Of a stretch of DNA of 64,000 nucleotides, positions 14,271-28,626 are shown in pieces. The notes below the pieces were generated by a model. That model had not been told where the DNA came from. It worked only from the letters and a program-made list of their open reading frames with translations, and searched no databases. The position numbers were made by a program, and so were the translations under genes. Source of the DNA: Stegostoma tigrinum (lineage: Eukaryota). Each line of letters starts with the position of its first letter. Position 1 is the first letter of the stretch. The stretch is from positions 11,821,048-11,885,047 of the forward strand of contig NC_081389.1 in assembly GCF_030684315.1 (NCBI RefSeq), written 5' to 3'.

Positions 14271-14721
14271 AGTACCACTATTACCCCACATCTCCAATGG
14301 ATCTTTCGATGTGATGTCCAACTTGAATTAGATTGCAAGGCTCAGGGCCAATTTTGATTCCCTTAAATCAAAATATTTTGCTCTGTAGCAGTAAACTGCA
14401 AATTCCTGTTTAATTTTGGAAGGGAGCAAATACCTCTGTGTTCAGGCTAAACGTAAAGTTGCATTTCTTTCACGATGAGGTAATTATACAGAAGCAAAAG
14501 GTACTTTTCAAGTATCTGCTAATATATTTTAACTTAAAATGCACACACTGTTTCAGGAACAGTGAAGTTCAAACCTTTTTAATGTCCTTTCCAGAATCAT
14601 TAAGATATTGCTGTATTAACTTTAACTGTTAGAACCATACTTGGAAGATGCTGTAGTACAGCAGCCCCTGCTGGTACCAGACACTCATAGCAAAGGACTT
14701 GGTTATAGAATTATTGGGCAG

Positions 14722-15080
14722 AGTTATCATCGAGTCATGCAGCATGGCAACAGACCCTTCGGTCCAACTTATCCATGCCCGCCATGTTCTGAAATTTGCC
14801 CCACTTGCCTGTGTATGGCTCATATACTGCCAGGTTTTTCTTTGTAATTCCTTGTAATACATGTAATTATCCAAATTTCTTTTTAAATATTGTAGCTGTG
14901 CTTGCATCCGTCACTTCCACCAACAATTCATTCCACTCACGAACCGCCCTCCCTGTGATTAAAGTTGCCGCACATGTCCTTTTTAAATCTTTCTCCTCTC
15001 ACCTTTTTAAAAAAATACTCCCCCCTAGTTTTGAATTCCCATGCCCTGGGTAATAGTCTCTTATTATTCACCTTTATAGT
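14722..15080 (-). mobile_element. CR1 LINE 3' end
   Basis: cagcatggcaacagacccttcggtccaac..tcattccac; the same family occurs at 39720 and 63360. Confidence 0.75.
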
Positions 15081-15925
15081 TGTCCCATTTTTTTATCAAG
15101 TGTTGGGGATGGACCCAATTTAGTGAGAGAACTTATTTTATTGCCCACCAGTCAGCTCTCAATGAGCTAACAAGGGCAAGATAATTTACCCTATTCTTGG
15201 CCTCAGAAGCTGCTAGCCAATCAGAGGCTGGTAGCTTCTGAGTCTTAAAGTTTGCTATTTCAAGCCTCCTACTTGAAGTCTCCCTGGAAAGCAGCTAAGT
15301 TCTTTCTTTTTCCTACTCGAAGCAAGGGTTTTGGGCGGGGGGGTCAGACTGTAGGTGTCGGAGGTAAGGAGAAGTGTGACTTTCAAAAGCTCCCCCCTCT
15401 GCCCTATATGCGTACCTCAGATTGCCTCTGGCAGGGGCACTGGGCCCCGAACCCAAACCCATCAGGCAGAGGCCCCACAGTCGGGAAACTGGCAACTTTT
15501 TCTCCCCTGCTGGTGATTCAGGTCATTGGGGAAGTGGCAAATTGATGTATCTGAAAGTTGCTGTTAATTGACCACTTAAGAGCCTTAACTGGTGGTGAGC
15601 TGTGGAAAGCGCCAATATTATCTCTCATTAGGTGCTTAATTGCAGAGGTGGTGAGAAGCGGGTGAGTTGCTACCTTGGGCTGTGTTGCCTATTAATTTAC
15701 CCTTCTCACTACCGCTCTCCAGGGAGGGAAAAATCACCCCGAGAGAATAGATCAGCACAGAAGGACCTCCTTGGACCCAGGGAGTATGCATCAACACTTT
15801 TAGATTGGGACTAGATCTATCTTATCCCCTGCCCTACAAGCTCTCCATCAAAGCATTTCTCTTTTAAGAGCCAACTTTGGAAGATAATATAAAAGCTGCT
15901 GCCCAATTCTAAAGGATTATTACAA

Positions 15926-16228
15926 TCATAGAATCCCCACAGTGCAAAAGCAGGCCGTTTGGCCTGTTGAGTCTACATCAAGCCTCTGAAGAGCATCCCA
16001 CCCGGACCCAACCCCTATCCTATCCCTGTAAGCCTGCATTTCCCTTCGCTAACTCACCTAGCCTGCATGTCCCTGGACACTACAGGCAATTCCACATGAC
16101 TAACCCACCTAAACTGCGCATCTTTGGACTGAGAGGAAACCCTCACAGATGCAGGGAGAATGTGTAAACTCCGCACACACTGCCCCTGGTGTTGTGGGGC
16201 AGTAACACTAACCACTGAGCCACTGTGA
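15926..16228 (-). mobile_element. HE1-type SINE
   Basis: Reverse complement of the family: catagaatcccc..gcatctttggact..taaccactgagccac. Confidence 0.8.
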
Positions 16229-16984
16229 TTTAAACTGAGCGGAGAAGCATCGCTGTCGAAGGAACGCTAGCTGGATCGAGGGGAGCGGCACATTTGTCGA
16301 AGGGTAATGTGGGAACGCTTCCACCCTCTTGACTTTCCTTTGTAACAAACCACACCATTGTCGCTCAACTGCCTGAGTATGAATATAAACCATTTCTGTC
16401 ATAAGCTGAGAGCGGGCGTCTGTTGGCAACCTCTTGACTCATCTGCTCACATATTAGTCTGCCTCAGGATGTGTCCACTGTCTGATAAGCCTGCATGTGG
16501 GACAACGCTTATCAACTTGACCACAATACATTTTCATTTGCTTTCCTACACAGTGAGATATCGCTCAATAGTTTATGCCACATCTCAGGAAGGGATGTTA
16601 CATCACTGTGGCTTGTTTTGTACTGAACTGTTTTGCTGTTTGAACCAAGTCTGATCTCCAAGTTATTTGTCTATTCTGTTGCTTCTGGCCTATGAAGAGC
16701 CAGCTCTCTGTTTCTTTTTTTTGAAGCCAGTTTGTTCAAAAGACCAACTTTCATGAAAGGGGTGCGATCCATTAACTGTGGGTTCTCCGTAAGACCTAAA
16801 CAAAACATCAGGTTTGAAGCACAGGCTGTTGGGATATCGACCATGCACAGTAGCCATCCTGGCACCCACTGATTTGCACTAGGTGTCAGACACACGGCAG
16901 ACCCTAGAAGTTCCCTCCCTAGGGCTCAGGTGGGTGAAAACGTCAGGGAACGATCAGTGACCCCTGCCCTGTATGCACAGGCCC

Positions 16985-17262
16985 TGATGCACATGACGGA
17001 TGAACCGTGCATGTCACACATGTGACATCTATATGACATTTCTCTCACAAATGTCTGTCATACATGATGCCTGTTACATGACATGTCACACAAGCACACC
17101 TTGTCACATGGCACCACCCATTCACATCTCTATCGTGACATGTCACATACTTGTCTTACTCAGGCACACATCATACAATTCTCACATGTCACACACTCAT
17201 CAGACATGTCATGCACGAATGACACGTGCACAAATGATATACATACACACATACACAGCTAT
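16985..17262. repeat. Low-complexity CA/TG-rich cryptic repeat (catgtcacaca-like units)
   Basis: Repeated acatgtcacac, gacatgtca and cacatg words. Confidence 0.8.
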
Positions 17263-18551
17263 GCAAGGGCATGGAGGTCCTCTGCCTTTCTGGTTCTTGG
17301 CCCCCAGTGGCCAAAGATGAGGAATATGAACAACCAGACACTGAGGTATACTCCTTCCACGTCGTGGAACACAGGCTATGCAAGGCTAAGACAACCAGTT
17401 ATGAATGAAACAAATGACCTGCTCTGCCTCAGTACATGATTAGCATTATTGATGAAAGCCTCACATCGACTATGTCCTTTGGATGGTCAATAAATGCACT
17501 TTAGCTCTTTTAATGTCTAACTGCAATGAGGGAAGGGAATCTCTGTTGCTTTCTGAGATTCTGCATTCGCATTTGTGAAAGGTGAGGACAATGAGCATCT
17601 GCCAAAAACAGACCAGAGAATTTGCCATTTATATCCTGATGATCTGATATCCCATCACAGCCTTGGTAATGTTCCTAAAATAATCAACATTGCTCCTTGT
17701 ATATGATGTTTAGGAAAATATGCATGCTCTGTTTATACCATGAAATACGTTAATTTTAAAAGAATTGTTAAAAGTCTAGCAATTCTGTAACAGCGGGATT
17801 TCCCATTTTAAATTTATAATAAGTAAAACTGGTACTTTTTAATGAGTGTTTTATTTTATTGGAATGTTCAGTACTTGCAACAGGTGCACAGATACTGAAT
17901 ATGACTTTCACTTGTGTTAAAACATGGGCAGAATAGTTTCTATTCTGCTGTAAATTTCTGAAATTGAAGGAGGGGTGTGATTTCTTGAGGCAAAAAGTTC
18001 TTAAAATATGGTTTGCACTTCTCAGCATTGGAATCAGAGACTGTTGCATATCTTTGAAGAGTGGAGAGACGGAGGTATTTGTAGAATCATATAACACAGA
18101 AAAAGACCCTTTGCTCCAACTCATGCGTATCTACCAAGTTTCCCAAACTGAACTATTACCATTTGCCTGCATTTGACCCATATCGCTTTAAATCTTTCCT
18201 ATTCATGTACCTATCCAAATGTCTTTTAAACGTTGTAACTGTAACTGTACCTGAGATAGAGCAAGGGTTAACTTTCAATTATTTGAAGAGCCAGTATGAA
18301 CAGAACAGGCCAAATGGCTGTGGAAAATGAAAGCTCAATGGAAGAGAAATTAATCTCTATTAATCAAGGTCTACCTGAGAATATAGCCACTTTCGTACTG
18401 GAAAATGCATAGCCCCAAGTACTCCTTGAGCACGGTACCTGATCCTTGAAATTTCAGCCATCTCTTGTCACAGCTTCAATCTAAAATGTCAATGGCTTCA
18501 TTCTTTTGATTCTCCTCGCTCCTGGTCTCTCGGCCCCTGTCTCACACGTAA

Positions 18552-18856
18552 GCCCTACACTGTGGAAGCGGGCTATTCAGCCCATTGAGCCCACACCAAA
18601 GAGCAGCCCACCCACCTACCCTATCCCTGCAATTCCCATGGATAACCCACCTAGCTTACACATTTCTGGACATTGTGGGCAATTTAACATGCACAATCTA
18701 TCTAGACCTGCATATCTTCAGACTGTGGGAGGAAACCCGTGCAGACATGGGGAGAATCTGCAAACTTCACAAAGGTAGGTTTGACTCTACCCTTGAGTAA
18801 CTAAGTCCCTGGCACTGTGAGGCAGCAGTGCTAACCACTGAACCGCCATGCCACCT
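18552..18856 (-). mobile_element. HE1-type SINE
   Basis: ctggcactgtgaggcagcagtgctaaccactgaaccgccatgcc. Confidence 0.8.
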
Positions 18857-19534
18857 ATGCAGAATGTAGGCCTGCTAGGAACCATCCAGTCTACCTAATG
18901 CTGAGACTGGATGTGGCTGCGCAACTGGCTTGTAAACCCAGTTTTAAACCCCATGGCCGACATTCCAAACAGAGTTGTGGCTCTGTCGTGACAGCCTATT
19001 ATTTCTATGATCCTCTTGGATAGATCAAGTTGGAATTTGCTGCGTCTTGTTTTGGCTTGGAGGGATCAAATACACCTCGAGTGACCACAGAGTGGCATAC
19101 CCGCTGAATGGACCTCTGTGACTTGACGTAATGTTGCCATGCTAATGTTGATCTTGCTTCACGCTCCTCCTGTGCAGTTGTAACCTTGTATGCCTCACTG
19201 TGTCCCTGTTTTGCTATGACCTTCCTGTACTGCTTACAAAACAAACCTTTTCGCTGTTCTTAGGTGCACGTGACTAGTAAGTCAAATCAAAACTGAAATT
19301 GCTGGCAAAACTCAGTAGGTTTGGCAGCATCTTTGGGAAGAAATCTATCGGAATACCTGCATTCAGTTTGGAAGCCTGACAGTAAGCCACTAACCAGTGT
19401 CTTTGCAATTCTTTCCTACTCCCAGGCTCCCTCTGACCTCCTAGTCCTTGGCTTCCTGTACTGTTCCAAGCAAGCACAAGTTTCAGGAGCAATTCCTCAT
19501 CTCTCAATAAGGCACTTCACAGTCGAATAGCCTT

Positions 19535-20066
19535 AGAACATAGAACAATACAGCACAGAACAGGCCCTTTGGCCCTCTATGTTGTGCCGACCTGTGAACT
19601 AATCTAAGCCCCTCCCCCTACAGTATCCAATCATCATCCGTATGCTTACCCAAGGACTGTTTAAACGCCCCTAATATGGCTGAGTTAACCACATTGGCAG
19701 GCAGGGCGTTCCACGCCCTTACCACTCTGAGTAAAGAATCTGCCTCTGACATCTGTCTTAAATCTATCACCCCTCAATTTGTAGCTATGCCCCCTTGTAC
19801 AAGCTGAAGTCATCATCCTTGGAAAAAGACTCACTGTCCACCCTATCTAATCCTCTGATCATCTTGCATGTCTCTATTAAATCCCCTCTTAGCCTCCTTC
19901 TCTCCAATGAGAACAGACCCAAGTCCCTCAACCTTTCTTCATTGACCAGGCAACATCCTGGTAAATCTCCTCTGCACCTTTTCCAATGCTTCCACATCCT
20001 TCCTGTAATGGGGTGACCAGAACTGCACGCAATATTCCAAATGAGGCCGCACTAGCGTTTTGTACC
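19535..20066 (-). mobile_element. CR1 LINE 3' fragment
   Basis: ERLRDLGLFSLERRRLRGDLIETCKMIRGLDRVD; tail agaacatagaaca. Confidence 0.9.
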
Positions 20067-20477
20067 GGGTTTCTGCAGCAATCCCCATTTGTTTCAGGTT
20101 TCCAGCATCTGCAGTACTTAGCTTTCATACCAGCCACACTGAGTTCAGTACTTTCAGATTGTAACCACTGTCAGAAATGTCATGGTCATGCTTTTTGACT
20201 GCATCTGGAGTTGTTATACCTTCTCTAGACCTGGCATTTCCTCACTTGTCCTGCATTCATCTCCTTCGCAGTCAAGGCAAAATTGAATGGTTAGGAGAGT
20301 GGGACTTGTCTCCATGCAGATTTGTAGGTGGACAAGTCCATGTGACCTGTTTGTCGTGGGAAACAAGTCAAAACGCTTTGAAAGTAAAGTGTAAATTTTA
20401 ATACTTGGACACTTTCACACATATACACTCTGTGCTGATCAAACAAGTGGGAAGACCCATGAAAGGTGTTTGTTTAT

Positions 20478-20784
20478 GGGTGACACGGTGGCTCAGTGGT
20501 TAGCACTGCTGCTTCAAAGCACCAGGGATCTGGGTTCCATTCTAGCTTTGGGCGACTGTGTGGAATTTGCATATTCTCCCCGTGTCTCTGTGGGTTTTCT
20601 CCAGGTGCTCTAGTTTCCTCCCACAGTCCAAAGATGTGCAGGTTAGTTGGGTTAACCATGGGAAATGTGGGATTCTGGGGAAAGGGTGCTGATGTGAGTC
20701 TTGGTCGGCCGCTCATCGAAGGTTTGATGTGGACTCGATGGATCAAATGGCCTGCTTCCATGCTGTAGGGATTCTATGATTCTA
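20478..20784 (+). mobile_element. HE1-type (V-SINE) tRNA-derived SINE
   Basis: A-box ggtggctcagtggttagcactgctg, B-box gggttccattc, V-domain tgtgtggaatttgcatattctcccc..tttcctcccacagtccaaagatgtgcaggttag, tail ctgtagggattctatgattcta. Confidence 0.88.
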
Positions 20785-21840
20785 GGTGTTTCTAAGCCCA
20801 GTAGGAAAACAAGGCTATTTTTGGATTATCCACCAAGCAGTGTGTTGGTGAGGACAGATTTTCACTTCAAAGAAACCACGATTGTGGAACATTTGAAGAC
20901 AAGGTTTTTGCGAACGCTGCCTTGCTGTCAGAAATCCATTTAATTATGCTCAGAAGATTGAATAAATGACTCTGTTTAGGACACTCTATGATTGACTTGA
21001 GTGTGACAAGGTGAAGAGATCGTGTTATGAGATGTTGAACCCGCGAATACTTTTCTGCTGTGGTCGTGGTGCAATACATAAGCATAGTGTGGACATTTCA
21101 CTTGTATTAAGAAATAAATAGGAAATCCGGTTTCAGTAGCTAAACATAGTTGCCAACAATTAATGTTTAGTGTTGATTTGTTAGTGAAAGTCTAAAATGT
21201 GAAATCTTGTGTGTGGCCTTATGCTTAGACTAGAAGAAAATTGATGTTTAAACAACACCAATATTGGTCTCTGTGGGATTCATGTCACCCATAGTCTTCC
21301 TTTTTATTTCCCTAGTATGATCGCTTTTGTGATTGAACTTGTTATCTTCAGTCTTGTCACAAACAATCTTTTTTGTTCCTTTTCACCTTATCACATTCCT
21401 TCTGTACTTGTTTAAACCTTGTTACATCTGTATCTTCTGAATTTCAGTTCTGAGTTGTTAACTCTGCCAATTTTTTCTGTATTTATTCATGTTATTTCAA
21501 TAAAATTCCAATGAAGAAAACTGAGTACATATCAGAAGCATGCTCTTACAGGATTACCTGTCTGTAAGGATTGCAAAGCCTTGTCGCCTTGACTGATCTT
21601 TGCATCATATTTGGTAATGTATCAACTCTTGGCAACAAAAGACCACTTGGGATTGGAAAAAAAATCTGCTCTTCTACAGTAGTTTTACGCTTTGTGTCCT
21701 GAATGGAGGCTTGTGGTGCAGTCTCTGCTTTAGTGGGGGAGATGGTGGCATGGTGGAACTGTCTCTGGGCTAGTGATCAAGATTAATTATTTGGGGACAT
21801 GAGTTCAAGTCCCACCATGACAGTCGGTAGACTTTAAAAG

Positions 21841-22130
21841 GGGCAGCGTGGTGGCACAGTGGTTAGCACTGCTTCCTCACGGTGCCAAAGACTGGTGTTT
21901 AATTCCAGCCTCAGGTGCCTGACTGTGTGGAGTTGCATATTTGCCCTGTGTCTGTGTGGGTTTCCTCCCACAGTCCAAAGATGCCTGGGCTAGGGTGGAT
22001 TGGCCATGCTAAGTTCCCATAGTGTTCAGGGTTGTGTAGATTAGGGGGAATAGGTTTGGGTGGGATGCTCTGAGGGACAGTGGACTTGTTGAGTTGAAGA
22101 GCCTGTTACCACACTGTAGGGCTTCTATGA
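21841..22130 (+). mobile_element. HE1-type SINE
   Basis: Same head, core and tail as 20478. Confidence 0.85.
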
Positions 22131-23831
22131 ATATTGGTTTTTATCCCCTGTCCTGAATATTACATGGCACCTCTTGGAAGGGGCAGGGGTGGTCAGTGTG
22201 AAATCCCAATTGTGTTTTTTTTATTATTATAGTGTAGAAATCTTGTTGCTTTGAGATACGTTGTTCTTTGTGGAGGTCTTTCACTTAGGATTGTGGTCCT
22301 TGGCGGGGGGGGGAGGATCTTTTAGAGATGGTGTGATTTTTTTTTATTTGTTATTTTTTAAATTCATTCACGGGATGAGGGTGTTGCTGACCAGGCAGCA
22401 TTTACTACCTGTTCCTAATTGCCCAGAGGGCAGTTCAGAGTCAGCCATGTTGTTGTGGGTCTGGAGTCACGTGTGTGCCAGACAAGCTAAGGATGGCTGT
22501 TTCCTTGTCTCGAGGGCATTAGTGAACCAGATAGGCTCTTCCAACAATTGACAATGTTTATGTGGTCATCATTGGATTCTTAATTCCAGATTTTTTTAAA
22601 AATTAAAATTCACATTCGACCATCTGCCATAGCAGTGGTGCCTGAAAGAAAGGCAGACTAATATTCACACAGTGCCTTTCAAAACCTCAGGATGTTATCA
22701 AGTGTTTGCCAGTCAATGAAGTACCTCAAGTGTAAAAGGTCTAGATAAAGTTGCCATAGTCCTACCAAACCATTGGCTGCTCTATTAATGGGGAGAGAAG
22801 CAGAGTGGGAACTAGTGGTGGTTTAACGTGAGGGTCACCACACCTCTTGAAGGAAGATGTTGAGAAGGAGAGTCCTTCATGGTAACCGCAGCCAGTTGAG
22901 GAACGGAACTCAGTCTGGCATCACTCTCTGCATTAGAAACCAGCCATCCATCCAATCATATAATGTAGGAATCAATGTTGTCCGTTTGCACCCTTGGATA
23001 CTCTTGTGATTTCCTGTCTTGCTGAGAGATAGCGAGAACTGCAGATGGTAGAGTCAGGGATACGAGTGTAGAGCTGGAGAAACACAGCAGGTCAGGTAGC
23101 ATCAGAGGAGCAGGAAAGTTGACATTTCAGGTCTGGACTCTTCAGCAAGTGTCCCGACCTGAAACGTCAGCTTTCCAGCTCCTGTGTTGCTGCCTGACCT
23201 GCTGTGTTATCTCCTGTTCTGCTGGTGTTAGCTGAAGGATATGTTCTGCTCCCCTCACCTGAGGTGTGGTGACCCTCTGGTAAAACTATCACCAGTTGAA
23301 TCTCGTGGCCCCTCTGCCCCTCTCTGCCTTTTATTGCTGTCCCTTTACCTAAGGCCCGGTAGTCACTGTACCTTGATCTTTTTCACTTAAAGTACTTCAT
23401 TGCCAAACAAACGCTTGATGGAATTATGGTCAAAATTAGCCTGTGCTTAGTAGCCCCAAGGGATCCGTTATGCCCCTCTGATGGAGCAGATGGGGTCTCA
23501 AAATGCAAAGACAGCACCTCCATAACAATGCGGCAATCCCTCCAAATTGCACTGGAGTATCAGGTGGGCTTTTCTGTTCTCCCAGATCCTACAAGTGTGT
23601 TATCCTTTTCCGTATCTCTTTATTGTTCGGCACTTATTTCTTGAAAATGTTCCCACTTAGCACAAGCGTCTACATTCTGGCTCCTCACTGGGGCCACCCA
23701 TTGGGTCTTTTGCTGGGTGAAGCGTGGTGATTCATGACAAACATAGGACTTTAAAAGCTGTTTCTGTCAGGACATCAGAAGCTGGAATTAATTCACAAAG
23801 GGCTGAGAGCTTTTGGCTGAGTTAATAATTA

Positions 23832-25630
23832 AGACCATAAGACACAGGAGTGGAAGTGAGGCCATTCGGCCCATCAAGTCCACTCTGCCATTTAAATCAT
23901 GGCTGATGGGCATTTCAACTCCACTTCCCTGCACTCTCCCCGTAGCCCTTGATTCCTTCTGAGATCAAGAATTTGTCGATCTCTGCCTTGAAGGCATCCA
24001 ACGTCCCGGCCTCCACTGCACTCTGTGGCAATGAATTCCACAAGCCCACCACACTCTGGCTGAAGAAATGTCGTCTCATTTTTAAATTTACCCCCTCTAA
24101 TTTTAAGGCTGTGCCCACGGGTCCTAGTCTCCCTGCCTCAGGGAAACAACTTCCTAGCTTCCACCCCTTCTAAACCATACATTATCTTGTAAGTTTCTAT
24201 TAGATTTCCCCTCAACCTTCTAAACTCAAATGAATATAATCCCAGGATCCTTAGCCGTTCATCATACGTTAAACCTACCATTCCAGGGATCATCCGTGTG
24301 AATCTCCGCTGGACACACTCCAGGGCTAATATATCCTTCCTGAGGTGTGGTGCCCAAAATTAGACACAGTATTCCAAATGGGGCCTAACGAGAGCTTTAT
24401 AAAGCCTCACAAGCACATCGCTGCTTTTATATTCCAACCCTCTTGAGATAAACGACAACATTACATTTGCTTTCTTAATTACGGACTCTACCTGCAAGTT
24501 AACCTTTAGAGAATCCTGGACCAACAGTCCCAGATGCCTTCGTACTTCTGCTTTACAAATTTTCTCACTGTTTAGAAAATAGTCCATGCCTGTATTCTTT
24601 TTTCCAAAGTGCAAAATCTCACATTTACTCACATTGAATTTCATCAGCCATTTCCTGGACCACTCTCCTAAGCAGTCAATCTTTCTGCAGCTTCCCCACC
24701 TCCTCAGTACTACCTGCCTGTCCACCTATCTTTGTATCATCAGCAAACTTCGTCAGAATGTCCCTTCATCCAGATCATTAATGTATAAGGTGAACAGCTG
24801 CGGCCCCAACACTGAACCCTGCGGGACACCACTCGTCACCGGTTGCCATTCCGAAAAAGAGCCTTTTATTCCCAACTCTCTGCCTTCTGTCAGACAGCCA
24901 ATCCTCAATCCAAGCCAGTAGCTCACCTCAAACACCATGGGCCCTCACCTTGCTCAGCAGCCTCCTGTGAGGCACTGTATCAAAGGCCTTTTGGAAGTCT
25001 AGATAGATAATATCTACTGGGTTTCCCTTGTCTAACCTACTTGTTATCTATTCAAAGAATTCTAATTGGTTTGTCAGGCACAACCTCCCCTTACTAAAAC
25101 CTTGCTGACTTGTTTTAATCTGACCCTGCACTTCCAGGAATTTGGAAATCTCATCCTTGACAATGGATTCTAGAATTTTACCAACTACCGAGGTTAGGCT
25201 AATCGGCCTATAATTTTGCATCTTTTGACTTGATCCTTTCTTAAACAAGTTGGTTACAACAGCAATTTTCCAATCATCTGGGACTTTCCCTGTCTCCAGT
25301 GACTTTTGAAAGATCACGACCAAAGCCTCTGCTACTTCCTCAGCCACCTCCCTCAGAACTCTAGGATGTAGCCCATCGGGGCCAGGTTATTTATCAATTT
25401 TTAGACCCTTTAGCTTTTCTAGCACTTTCTCTTTTGTAATGCCTACCATACTCAACTCTGCCCCCTGGCTCTCCCTAATTGTTGGCATACTACTCATGTC
25501 TTCCACTGTGAAGACTGATGCAAAGTACTTAAGTTCTTCAGGTGTTTCCTTATTTCCCATCACTAGCCTTCGAGCATCAATTTGGAGCAGCCCAATATCT
25601 AATTTTGCCTCTCGTTTGTTTCTTATGTAT
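23832..25630 (-). mobile_element. CR1-clade LINE, 3' 1.8 kb (RT region to tail), frameshifted
   Basis: Successive - strand ORFs: [54 protein letters not shown] and FFSQSVVGLWNSLP. Confidence 0.95.
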
Positions 25631-28626
25631 TATTAAGCTTGTCAAGTCTCAAGGAAGAAAACGGACATGGTCCAGATACAAAGGACGGAGGATTATTTGA
25701 GTGAAGGATATGAAAACAAAGTTTTCCCCTTGTTACCAGTGCTTGTTGGGCCATACTCTGCTTGCTTGTGTGTTATCCAACTGTACGTGGGGATCAGTGT
25801 TGATGTATGGTGTTGCGTGTTTTTATACCTTTAAACAAAAGCTACTTGGTAGTCATGTCTGTAAGTGACTGTGTGTATTTGCAAACTTCAGTTTACAGCT
25901 TTTGCCTTGAAGCATTCAGGAAGTGATCAGAGCTACAGTGACCTCTTTGATTAACTTCGGTCCAAAGGGATTACCCCAGGCTGCATTCCTTACCTAATCT
26001 CAAGTTATTTTTAACCAGTTTTATCATCTTTTCCAGATTGCTAGTTTTTGGGAAGAGTAGATGGTTGTGATGCAAAGGGTATTTTGTTGCCACATGTGAA
26101 ATGAACCAGAGGCTCTGTGTTGCCCATCAATGTTCTTCTCTCTTGATTTCAGTTTCATAAGTAGGTGATGATTATTGCATTTCTGGGTGACCAACCACGC
26201 GAATCTTGTGTTTGTGATCCTTCACTGCCACCAATTCTCCTTTCCATTTTTCTAATCCAAACTGATCAGACAGGTCAAGATATACCTCTGGAACAGGTGG
26301 CACTTGAACCTAAGTGTTCTGGCCCAGAGGTGGTGACACTACCACTTCAACACCGGAGCTCTCTGGAGCAGTCAACAGATTTTGGATAGGGATGCGAATC
26401 AAACTCCTGCCTGCAGAGATCATTTAGTTTAGCAGTCCATCACGTGAACCCCTCAGCTACCCTAACACAACTTTTCAAAAAAAAAGAACTGTGGATCCTG
26501 TAAATCAGGAACAAAAACAGAAGTTGCTGGACAAGCTCAACATGTCTGGCAAAATAAGAGTTAATGGTTTGGGTCTGGTTTCTGAGGAAGGGACACCGGA
26601 CCCAAAACATTATAACTCTGTTTTTTCCTTCACAGGTGCTGCCAGCACTGCTGAGCTTTTCCAGTGATTGATTTTTTTTTTTGCTGTATCAATGGCCTGT
26701 CTAATTCTGATAGCTGACAGACCAGTATAATGCCTTGAAAATCGTGATAGCTTTTACAGCACGGAAAATGGTCTGTCAGCCCATTCTGCCCACTCTGGTT
26801 GTCAAACATGCATCTGTTTCTAATCCCATTTTCCATCACATGGCCCATAGCCTTGTGTGCTAGGGTGCTTCAAGTGCTCATATATGTATCTTTAGGGATT
26901 CTCCAATCCGCTACCTTTTTTTGGTAGTGAGTATCAGATCCATACAATCCTCTGGGTAAAAGAAAATCTTCAAGCTCCCTCTAAGTCTTCTGTTCCTGCC
27001 TTAAAACTCTGACCCCTGGTTATTGTCCCCCTGGATCAGGGGAGAGGTTTCTCTCTATCTGCTGTCTCCGTCCCTCGGCCTTCTCTGCTCGAAGGAAAAC
27101 AACACCAACACCAGAGTATCTAGACTTGAATAAGTTGAGAAGATTGTTTTGGGATACATTATACTTTGTGATAGCAATAGGTACAATTAATATCACAACT
27201 TAAGCACACTTCCAACTATCAGGAGCCAGATATATGATATCTGTCTCCATCAGGATCTTGTGCAAGACTAACATTTTTCCTAAGACTGTGTAACATCATT
27301 AGATTGGGTGGAGCTCGATACAGCTCAGTGTTAACTCTCGATTATCTTATTCAGTGTTGAGTGGTAAAATACTGCATGCTAAAAGTAAGACTTTCAGCAT
27401 TTAGTGTCTTAGCAAATCTTGGGATGTTTGGAAGCGTTTTGCAGTCAATGAAGGTCTTTTTGAGACGTCAGAAGTCATGTGACATCAGATTATTGTCCGA
27501 CAAGTTTATTTGAAGTTATAATCTTTCAAAATACTGCTCCTTTGTCAAGTGGAGGGAAGTGTACCTCTTTGTTGTGTAATCACTGTTTTGATAACGTGGT
27601 GACTGTATGTGTGGAGTTTATACGTTGTCCCTGAAACTGCATTGGTTTTCTCTGGGTGCTCCGGTGTCCTGCCACAGTACAAACATATGCAGGGTAGATG
27701 GAGGTGCTAAATTACCCTGTAGCGTGCAGGCGAGGTGGGTTAAATGTAGTAATGTTACAGAGAAGGGGAGGTTAAATGCAAGAAAATCCCTGATATTTAC
27801 TTGAAAAGTTACAAGTAAGAATTTATTTTCTTAACCCTAACAGTGAACAAATTAATAGAACTACAAATAAACTGAACAATTCCCCCCAACTCCTAATTAT
27901 TCCCTAACTATACAAAGTTCTACTGACTCCAGTAAACACAAGTCCCACTTGTATAGCCCAAGTAGTAAGTAAGAAAACTAATACTTAGACTCTGAGTCCA
28001 CACACAATTTGTCTTCCAGAATTCTTTGCTTTCTCCATGTCTCTCAAATCATAAATGCCTTTCTTCCAGTGATCTTGTTGTTGGGGATGCTTTCTCTGTG
28101 AAGAATCTTAGCTAGAAGTGCTATGGTACATTTTATGGATAAGACGGTATTTTCTTCGAGAACTTAGCAAATTGTTGTGAGGGCTAGGTGCTTATTTCTT
28201 AGATGACAGTTCGCTCTCACATCAATTCCAAAAGCCCTCTTCTTAAATACCTTGGATGACATATCAATTTTCTTACAATAGCATTGGTCCAAAGTTGTCA
28301 AAAACTATTGCATTTGAATTTAATTGGCTTTCAATTGCAAAGTGCTTGGTTTATATTAATTAGCTGATTCCTGTTGGTTGCTAAATATTTAAACAAGCCT
28401 AAGGTTCATAATCTCACAGCCAATTGATACATGTTTCAGTTTTAGAACTCTGTACCTGTTCAGCTGCTTACATACGCGCTCTCACGCGCTTAAATCTCCA
28501 AGCTTAGAAAAACACGTCACCTCTTAAAGGAACTTCACACTCTTTCTCCAGCCTTACTGTTTTTACAAATAAATTCTAGCTTCCTGCCTTCCAATTCACA
28601 ATTGCAACACAATTTTGTAACAGTAA

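Noticed and set aside
17000-17439. His/Cys/Thr-rich ORFs as metal-binding proteins
   Set aside because: They are by-products of the CA/TG low-complexity tract.
20478-20555. tRNA genes at SINE heads
   Set aside because: A/B boxes are present but run directly into the SINE core; there is no complete cloverleaf.
25667-25870. Possible CD276 signal-peptide exon (ATGs near 25667 and 25710 followed by a hydrophobic stretch)
   Set aside because: No convincing signal peptide combined with a phase-1 splice donor; not supportable.
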